From Eledone cirrhosa (taxonomy: Eukaryota), in assembly GCA_964016885.1 (NCBI GenBank), contig OZ024744.1, positions 96,844,001-96,908,000 on the forward strand: a DNA stretch of 64,000 nucleotides, read 5' to 3'. Shown here piece by piece: positions 55,388-64,000 of this stretch (position 1 is the first letter of the stretch; every line of letters begins with the position of its first letter). The notes under the pieces were generated by a model. That model ran no database searches. It was not told the origin of the DNA and worked only from the letters and a program-made list of their open reading frames with translations. The position numbers and the translations under genes were made by a program.

Positions 55388-55902
55388 ACTGTTTCTACTT
55401 TAGGCACAAGGCCAGCAATTACTCCAGTGCATTACTGGTACTTTATTTTATCGACCCCGTAAGGATGAAAGGCAAAGTTTATCCTCGGCGGGTTTTGAAC
55501 TCAGACCATAAAGGGCCGTAACTCTATGCTGCAAAGCATGGCGTCCGACCTTCTACCGATACTGCCAATCCCCCATAATGAAAAATAATACATTAAACAC
55601 CATGTGTACATGACACATAGTTTCGCTGATACAAACAAAAGAGGGAATTATAAAAATTAAACCCATCTCGATGATTCCTTTAAAAAAACATGATGGAGAG
55701 AATCGGTCTCGGTCGGGTACCGTGAGGATGGTATGTGAAGATACTTAACGATCGTTTGGCACAGTGCATTACTGGTACTTTATTTTACCGACCTAAGGAT
55801 GAAAGGCAAAGTCAACCTCGGCGGGATTTGAACTCAGACCGTAAAGGGACGAAACTATGCTGGAAAGCATGGCGTCCGACCCTCTACCGATACTGCCAAT
55901 CC
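55388..55902 (-). mobile_element. Two tRNA-SINE copies (55388-55575, 55757-55902)
   Basis: Consensus matches. Confidence 0.85.
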
Positions 55903-56846
55903 AACAATAATAACAGCACCAATAAGTACAACAACAACTATAGTAACAGCTACTACAACAACAACAACAACAGCTACTACAATAACAACAACAGCTACAG
56001 TAACAATAACAACAACAATAATAACAGCACCAATAAGTACAACAACTATAGTAACAGCTACAACAACAACAACAGCTACTACAATAACAACAACAGCTAC
56101 AGTAACAATAAGTACAACAACAACTATAGTAACAGCTACTACAACAACAACAACTACAGTAACAACAACAACAATAACAACAATAACAACAACAACAATA
56201 AGTACAACTATAGTAACAGCTACAACAACAACTACAGTAACAACAACAACAATAACAACAACAACAATAACAACAACAATAAGTACAACTATAGTAACAG
56301 CTACAACAACAATAACAACAACAATAACAACAACAACAACAATAATAACGAGAACAATAAGTACAACAACAACTATAGTAACAGCTACAACAACAACAAC
56401 AACTACAGTAACAACAACAACAATAACAACTACAGTAACAACAACAACAATAAGTACAACAACTAACAACTACAATAACAACAACAACAACAACAACAAC
56501 AAGTACAGCAGTTACAACAACACAACAACAAAACAACAGCAACAACTACGACAATAGCAATAACAACAGCAATAACAGCTACAACAACAAGAACAAGTAG
56601 AACAACTAACAATAACTACAACTAACAATAACAACAACTACAACAACTATCAACTACAACAGCAGCAATAACATCAACAACAATAACAACAACAACTACA
56701 GTAACAACAACAACAATAACACTAACTATGACAACAGCCATAGCATCAAGAACAACAACAATAGCTACTACTACTACTACTATTACTACTACTGCTGCTG
56801 CTACTACTACTACTACTACTACTGATGCTACTACTACTACTACTAT

Positions 56847-56880
<34 letters not shown>

Positions 56881-56884
56881 CATG

Positions 56885-56934
<50 letters not shown>

Positions 56935-57169
56935 ACTACTACTACTACTACTGCTGCTGCTGCTACTACTACTACTACTATTACTACTACTGCTGCTGCT
57001 ACTACTACTACTACTACTGATGCTACTACTACTACTACTATTACTACTACTACTACTGCTGCTGCTCATGCTCGTACTACTACTGCTACTACTACTACTA
57101 CTGCTGCTGCTACTACTACTACTACTACTACTGCTGCTGCTACTACTACTACTACTACTGCTGCTGCTG

Positions 57170-57201
<32 letters not shown>

Positions 57202-57225
57202 GCTACTACTACTACTACTACTACT
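55903..57225. repeat. (AAC)n-based minisatellite followed by (ACT/GCT)n
   Basis: Recurrent aataagtacaac..tatagtaacagctac units; source of the N-, T- and S-rich pseudo-ORFs. Confidence 0.95.
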
Positions 57226-57788
57226 TGGTTGAACATATGTATATACAGTTAAATTTCCTGCCACAGACTTTACGGAAGTCTAACCTCGGCGGGATTTGAA
57301 CACAAAGCCATGTTTTCCGATGCTCTACCGATCTGACAATACTCCAATAATGAATTCTACTTTAGGCACAAGGCCAGTAATTTGAGGGAGGGGAAAGTCA
57401 ATTAAATCAACCCCAATGCATTACTGGTACTTTATTTTATCGACCCTGTAAAGATGAAAAGCAAAGATAAACCTTGGCGGGATTTGAAATCAGATAGTAA
57501 AGTGCCGTAACTCTATGCTGCAAAACATGGTCTCCGACGCTCTACATAATAATCCCCCCCCCCCACCCCCAAAGTAGAAACAATTATTATGTAGAACGCC
57601 GGACACCATGTTTTGCAGCATAGAGTTGCGGCACTTTACGTTCTGATATCAAATCCCGCCGAGGTTATCTTTAATAAGGAAAATTATACTTTTTCCCCTC
57701 AGTTTTTTGCCCGTTATTCGATTTCAGCCTCACTTTCATATTTCCTAAATTTTGTTTTCAAATTCATATTCAATAAACACACCATTTT

Positions 57789-57852
57789 ATTCGTTCTGAC
57801 GACTGAAGACAGATATAAATATCTGTCTTCAAGAAACCACTGGTAAATGAAA
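57789..57852 (+). ncRNA. Type I hammerhead (family C variant)
   Basis: ttcgtt CTGACGA c-tgaagacagatat-aa-atatctgtcttca-a GAAA ccactgg TA aatgaa. Confidence 0.8.
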
Positions 57853-57894
57853 TAATTATCTTATGTTATTTATTACATAACTATATATATTAAG

Positions 57895-58239
57895 TATTGT
57901 TATACTTTGGGAGGGTCATGTTGCCAATAAGAAACACACGCACCAGTTGCTTTCACTTCAATTTATTATAATAAATTTATAATAAATTTATAAATTTATA
58001 AATTTCTGGTTGGTTGGTTGGTTCCACAACCAGATAGTTTTTTTATATATTGTCATAGTTCTTTCGTCACACACTCTATGACAATATATAAACAACTATC
58101 TGGTTGTGGAACCAAACAACCAACCAGAAATTTATAAATTTATAAATTTATTATAAATTTATTATAATAAATTGAAGTGAATGCAACTGGTGCGTGTGTT
58201 TCTTATTAGCAACATGACCCTCCCAAAGTATAACAATAT
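57895..58239. repeat. Palindrome, about 165 bp arms
   Basis: tattgttatactttgggagggtcatg...ttgtcatag / ctatgacaa...catgaccctcccaaagtataacaata. A single-arm copy lies at 28620-28775 within (TA)n. Confidence 0.92.
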
Positions 58240-58363
58240 CGGTTTCAACACACGATTTCAGATAAAGAATCTTGCTCAACAAATTCAGAAACGAAATATA
58301 TATATTAAGTATTTCCGTAGAAAGGTAAAGGAAAGAAGAGTGCTGTATCTGTAGTACAGAGCT

Positions 58364-58600
58364 ATTTAATTATGTAATAAACAATACAATGTAATTATTC
58401 CGTTACCAAAGGTTTCACGAAGTTAGACGATTCAAACAGAAATGTCTGATATCGCTCATCAACTGAAATATCTTTATTATGGTATAATAAAGATATTCCA
58501 TCTGATGAACGACATCAGACATTTCTGTTAGAATTGTCTAACTTCGTGAAACCTTGGGTGATGGACTAATTACATTGTGTTGTTTATTACATAATTAAAT
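58364..58600. repeat. Palindrome with hammerhead (58496-58565 +)
   Basis: tccat CTGATGA acga...tcgt GAAA cc-ttg-gg TG atgga; the mirror arm reads GAAA cc-ttt-gg TA. A relative lies at 22703-22850. Confidence 0.85.
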
Positions 58601-58765
58601 ACATATACATATAGATACATGACTTTCAAATTATGTCTGTTTTCTACACACACCTAGATACATATAGACACTCTATATAAGAAAGAATGGTGTCCGGCGC
58701 TCTACTGATTCTGCCAATCCACCATAGTAGCAGTAGTAGTAGTAGCAGTAGTAATAGTAGTAGTA

Positions 58766-58796
<31 letters not shown>

Positions 58797-58839
58797 CAGT
58801 AGCAGTAGTAGTAGTAGTAGCAGTAGTAGTAGTAGTAGC

Positions 58840-58900
<61 letters not shown>

Positions 58901-58906
58901 ACAGTT

Positions 58907-58955
<49 letters not shown>

Positions 58956-59017
58956 CAGTTGTAGTAGTAGTAGTAGAAGTAGTAGTAGTAGTAGCAGCAG
59001 CAGTAGTAGTAGTAGTA

Positions 59018-59225
59018 ATGGTTTCTTATATAGGCACAAGGCCAGCAATTCTGGGGAAAGTCGATTAAATCAACCCCAATGTATTACTGGTACTTTATTT
59101 TATTGACCCCGTAAGCATGAAAGGCAAAGTTAAACTTGGAGGGATTAGAATTCAGATCATAAAGGGCTGTAACTCTATGCTGCAAAGCATGTTGTCCGAA
59201 GCTCTACCAATTCTGCCAATCTACC
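59018..59225 (-). mobile_element. tRNA-SINE copy
   Basis: Consensus match. Confidence 0.8.
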
Positions 59226-59233
59226 ATAGTAGT

Positions 59234-59268
<35 letters not shown>

Positions 59269-59284
59269 TATTATTATTATTATT

Positions 59285-61471
59285 GTTGTTCTTTGAGTGT
59301 CAGTCATTGATGTTAGTTAACTGGAAAGTTTGTTGAAATAAATATCAAGCCACTACCTGCAGCCTCAGATATTCAGGACGTATCGGAGGGTTCTTGCTGT
59401 TCCCAGCAAGCATGCCTTTTGAAGTGTTCCAAAAGGCGGGGCGGGACCAATTTTCTTTAACCATCATTGGAAACTCTTTGAGATAGTACCTAGTGCGCCT
59501 GTGACAATCGGGACCACTTAGACTTCATGGCAGTTCCAAATCCTTTTTACCACCCACTTTAAGTCCTGGTATCGGTTAATTTTCTCCCTCTCCTTTTCTT
59601 GCACTCTCGTGTCGAATGGGCAGGCCACATCTACAATCAGGCACGATCTTTTTTCCTTGTCTAAAACCACCAGGTCAGGTCTATTGTGTTCCAGTTTTTT
59701 GTCCGTCTGTATCCTAAAATCCCACAGTACCTTCACCTGATCATTTTCTATTACCGACTCTGGCTTATGCTCATACCACTTCTCAGAATGTGGTAAATTG
59801 TTTACTTTGCATAGGTGCCAGTGGATCACCCTGCCCATCACATCATGTCTCCAGCCTTTATAGTGAGTCTGGGCTAGGTGTTTACACTCGGATACAATGT
59901 GAGCCACAGTCTTCTCTCTCTCTCCACAGATCCTGCTCAGTGTGCTAGCCTCTTCCTTGTAAATATGGTGTTTCAGCCACTTCGTTTCGAGGGCCTGCTC
60001 TTGCGCAGCCATTAGCATTCCTTCTGTAGCCTTTTTGAGGTCTCCTCTTTTCAACCAGTTCCATGTCTGTGGATCTCTGAATTAGGTTTTCTCAAAGAGA
60101 AGGGATTTTTCATGAAGGTTGGTCTTCCTCCTTGTTGTTATTTCCTCCATGGCCATCCCCTGGTCTATTGTCCTCTCCTTCAGTACAATCCTGAGCATTG
60201 GCTCCTTACTATCAGTCACGTATTTGTGTAGGCTGTTTTTCTCCATCTGAACACAGTCCTCTATGCTGATAAGACCTCTTCCACCTTCAGATCTCCTTAA
60301 GTAGAGTCTATCGACATCACTCCTCTTGTGGAACATGTTGTAGATAGTCAATAGCTTCCTAGTCTTCCTATCCATTTCTTTTTGTTCAGCAACATTCCAT
60401 CTCAGAATTCTCGCACTGTACCTAATAATAGACACAGCTCGGGAATTTACTGCACTTATGGCATTCCTACTGTTCAGATGTGACTTTAATACGCTCCTTA
60501 CTCTCCGAATGCATTCAGATCTTATCAACTCCTTCATTTTTTTGTTCTTTATGTCATCAGCCTCCAGAACACCTAAATATTTGTATCATTCTTCAGTGTC
60601 AATTTCCTTTATCATCTCACCTGTTGGTACCTGGATTCCGTTGCTTCTGCTCAACTTACCCCTCCTCATCACAATGACTCCACACTTACTAATACCAAAT
60701 TGCATACATATATCATTGCTGAAAATACGGACAGTGTCAACAAGCACATACAACTCCTTCTAACTCTTCCCGAAGAGCTTAAGATCATCCATGAAGAGGA
60801 GGTGATTGATGGTAAGATCTCCCTTTCCCAACTTGTATTCTGCTCTCACTTTTCGCAGTATAATGGTCAGGGGCATCAGGGCAAGGACAAACAACAGAGG
60901 GGACAGACTATCTCCCTGAAAGATACCTCCCTTGATCTTCACGCCTACCAGGATTCTCCAGCTGATGTTAACTCTGTTTTCCAGGACTTCATACTTTTGC
61001 CCAACAACTGTCTGATGTTATCTGCCACCTTGAAGATCTCTAGGCTTTTGGTGATCCAAGAATGAGGCACCATTTTAAATGCCTTTTTGTAGTCTATCCA
61101 TCCAATGGCAAGACCAGTGTGTCGCCTCTTGCAATTCCTCATTACCATCTTATCAATAAGTAACTGGTCCTTTGTACCACGGGACTTCTTTCGGTATCCT
61201 TTCTGTTCGTCCGGTAACAAGTTGTTTGTGTGGAGGTGTTGGTAGATTTCCTCAGACACAATGCTTGTCAACAGTTTCCACATTACGGACAGACATGTGA
61301 TAGGTCTATAGTTGGTAACATCATTACCCTTAATTCGGTCTTTCATTACCAGAACTGTGGTACCTTTTGTCAACCACTCTGGTACCTCACCTGACATCAA
61401 GCAGTCATTGAACATGGTTGTCAGTTTCGGGTGGATGGATGTTATATTTTTAATCCAATACCCTTGCACAC
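59285..61471 (-). mobile_element. 5'-truncated R4/Dong-clade non-LTR retrotransposon (RT + CCHC + restriction-like endonuclease), disrupted by frameshifts and stops
   Basis: Motifs NYRPITCL, TKDQLLIDK, WIDYKKAF, GIFQGDSLSPLLF, FMDDLKL, RLYLRRSEGGRGL, AAQEQAL, RHD, WDFRIQTD..NRPDLVV..IVDVACP..KE.EK..Y and LQKACLLGTA; (TAA)n tail at 59267-59284. Confidence 0.92.
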
Positions 61472-61532
61472 CATGTTGTCCGAAGCTCTACCAATTCTGC
61501 CGATCTACCATAGTAGTAGCGGCAGCAGCAGC

Positions 61533-61565
<33 letters not shown>

Positions 61566-61625
61566 TAAAATAAAGTACCAGTAATGTACTGGGTAATTGC
61601 TGGCCTTGTGCCAATAGTAGAAACA

Positions 61626-61717
<92 letters not shown>

Positions 61718-61947
61718 CAGCAGCAGAAGTAGCAGTAGTAGTAGTAGTAGTAGTAGGAGTAGTAGTAGTAACAGAGACAGATACTTATCCCAAACTCTAT
61801 GTCTTACAAATATTTACAGCATACAGAACATAGCAGTACTAGGCACTGGACACATTATAGTACAAAGAAATACAATAGAAAAAGAACAACACTGCACATG
61901 ACCAAGACACACACAGCTGTGTTTAGTAATGCAGTGACAACACAAAA

Positions 61948-62135
61948 TAATTGTTTCTACTTTTGGCACAAGGCCATCAAATTACCCAGTACATTACTGG
62001 TACTTTATTTTATCGACCCCCGTAAGGATGAAAGGCAAAGTTAACCTCGGCGGGATTTGAACTCAGACCGCAAAGGGACGTAACTCTATGCTTCAAATCA
62101 TTGTGTCCGACTCTCTATCGATACTGCCAATCCAC
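61948..62135 (-). mobile_element. tRNA-SINE copy
   Basis: Consensus match. Confidence 0.85.
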
Positions 62136-62167
62136 TGAACACAAAATAATAATAATAATAATAATAA

Positions 62168-62198
<31 letters not shown>

Positions 62199-62429
62199 GA
62201 GGAGGAGGAGGAGGAGCAGGATGAGGAGGAGGAGGAGGAGAATGAGAAGAATGAGAAGAAGAAGAAGAAGAAGAAGAAGAAGAAGAAGAAGAAGAAGAAG
62301 AAGAGAAAGAAGAAAAAGAGAAAGAAGATAAAAAAGAAAAAGAAGAGGAAGAAGCACAACAACAACAACAACAACAACAATAACGGCAATAACAACACCA
62401 ACAACAATAACAGCAACAGTAACAGCAAC

Positions 62430-62920
62430 AGTATGTGGTCGGTCAAAATATTTAACAGGGTAGCAAAGAAATTTAATAAAATACTTGACAATCGAAACTA
62501 ACACCTGACTGCACCATGGGAGGAGGAGGGGGGCTGTTCGTGGTAGAATCGTAATCTCAAACGTGAAAGACACAGCAGCCTCTCTTCCTCGCCCCCCCCC
62601 CCCCCCCCCATAAAAAAACTTCACCCTCATAACCTACCTTCCTACAACCTCCAATAAAATCTTAATTGCAATATCACAGAACTTATGTAAATGCCCACAA
62701 AGAAACAACACAAAAAAAACAAAAAAAAAACAAAAAAACACCCCAATATACAAACAAACGAAAAAAAAACCTGTCTCACGAAGAGAAGAAAAGATGCTGC
62801 AAAGGTGCTTATAGCAATAAAGATCAATTACTGATCAACAATGCCATAATCGAAGACTACAAAAGGAGAAAGAAAATCTGGGCATGGCATGGATTGATTA
62901 AGGGAAGGCTTTTGACAATA
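62430..62920 (+). pseudogene. Second, older R4/Dong-like RT fragment
   Basis: EEK.RCCKGAYSNKDQLLINNAIIEDYKRRKK/LGMAWID..KAFD. A C-terminal-like piece, IQNIAVLGTGHII, lies at about 61800-61862. Confidence 0.65.
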
Positions 62921-63124
62921 TTTTGTGGTGCTATAAATATCTTTATTCAGAGAATAAGAATATTTATTGCATTGCTTTAACAAATATAGTCTGCCTGTAT
63001 ACTGAGTGAGTGGAACTTATTGATCATATTGTAGTAGGTTATAAAAGGTTAGCTCTTAAAGAATACAAATGATCGCATATTAAGCCGCAATTTTCGTTGG
63101 TCATATTATAAAGTCTTTTTTGAG

Positions 63125-63215
63125 GGTGGTGGATTGGCAGTATCGGTAGAGGGTCGGACGCCATGCTTTGCAGCATAGACTTACGGCCCTTTATGATCTG
63201 ATGTCAAATCTCGCA
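63125..63215 (+). mobile_element. 5' half of tRNA-SINE
   Basis: ggtggtggattggcagtatcggtagagggtcggacgcc head. Confidence 0.8.
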
Positions 63216-63269
63216 TATTACAGAACACAACTGTGTGTGTGTATTGGTCTTCTTCTTCTCCTTCATCTT

Positions 63270-64000
63270 CTTCTTCGGAAGAACTTTCGGGCCGGGGCCT
63301 ATGGACAATTTCCAGAAATCCCTGGCCTGGGCAGTGCTACCGAGAGGAGCTTTTCCAGTTCGGGATAAACTCTACAGCCATGAAAGTGCCGTCAGCCGGG
63401 CCTGTCCGAGATGCGCGCAGGGCGACGAAAACGTCCTGCATGCACTCGTCCAGTGTCCGAGCATTGCTGACTTGTGGGTTTATGTCGAACACTTGCTGTC
63501 GCGTGTAGCACGGATCCGGTTATCAGCTGAATACATCGTGAGGATTGCCCCGCCCTCTTCCTTTAGCCGGGAAGGGCAGGCAATTTTTATCTGTCTGGTG
63601 GCCATGGCGAAAGAGATAGTATGGTGGACACGTTTGAAAGGGCTTAAGACGAGCACTTACCTCTTCGGTGATGCCGTGATTAACTTTTTCAAATTTCATT
63701 TAAAAAGGAAAATCAGGGTAGAGAGGGAAGTGCTCTCTTCCCAGCATTTTGTTGAAAGATGTGTGAAAGAGGCAAGAATGGCCCGTGTAAATGGGCCTAC
63801 TCTGAGTATGTGCCTGTAAATTGAAGGTGGAAAACTGAGAGAGGGCACTTGCCCTGGTGGTCAGGGTCACTGTGGCTTTTTTAATGGGCTTTCTCCACGA
63901 ATGTCCCTCGAAAGTCTCCCCCCTGTTGGGGAATGTTTTTTTTTTCTTTTTTTTTTTTATTACATCCTCTGTTTTTGTTTTTTTACACGCAGAAATGCCC
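63270..64000 (+). mobile_element. Tx1/L1-clade LINE 3' region (zf-RVT), runs off the window
   Basis: SLAW..RGAFPVRDKLY..CPRC...ENVLHALVQC..LW...AKEIVWWTR...MCL*; preceded by (ctt)n. Confidence 0.8.

Noticed and set aside
54554-56466. His-rich and Asn/Tyr-rich ORFs resembling structural or prion-like proteins
   Set aside because: Both start in SINE sequence and run through trinucleotide repeats; no splice or coding evidence.

Overview
AT-rich, microsatellite-saturated eukaryotic non-coding DNA, probably from an octopod cephalopod. That assignment is inferred from the dominant tRNA-headed SINE and the repeat landscape and is not verified. I cannot support any intact host protein-coding gene; nearly all ORFs in the supplied track are translations of simple repeats. 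Recognisable content: about 35 copies of one tRNA-derived SINE, often in head-to-tail arrays; CORE-type SINEs; decayed LINE fragments (R4/Dong with RLE, Tx1/L1, several RTE, Ingi/Vingi-like); two Penelope-like GIY-YIG remnants; a non-autonomous Helitron; and a probable Tc2/pogo-type MITE. The most striking signal is more than 20 type I hammerhead ribozyme motifs (CUGANGA...GAAA...UH, found by eye) from roughly a dozen unrelated sequence families. They sit in short inserts inside (TA)n tracts, very often as fold-back palindromes whose turning points lie at ribozyme helices. I interpret these as Penelope-mobilised, microsatellite-targeted ribozyme micro-elements. Other notable items: a shared 3' motif between the SINE and the Tx1 LINE, a ~90 bp duplication flanking the R4/Dong element, a twin-priming inversion in an RTE-derived element, and Helitron end-bypass. 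Coordinates were read by eye and may be off by a few bases.
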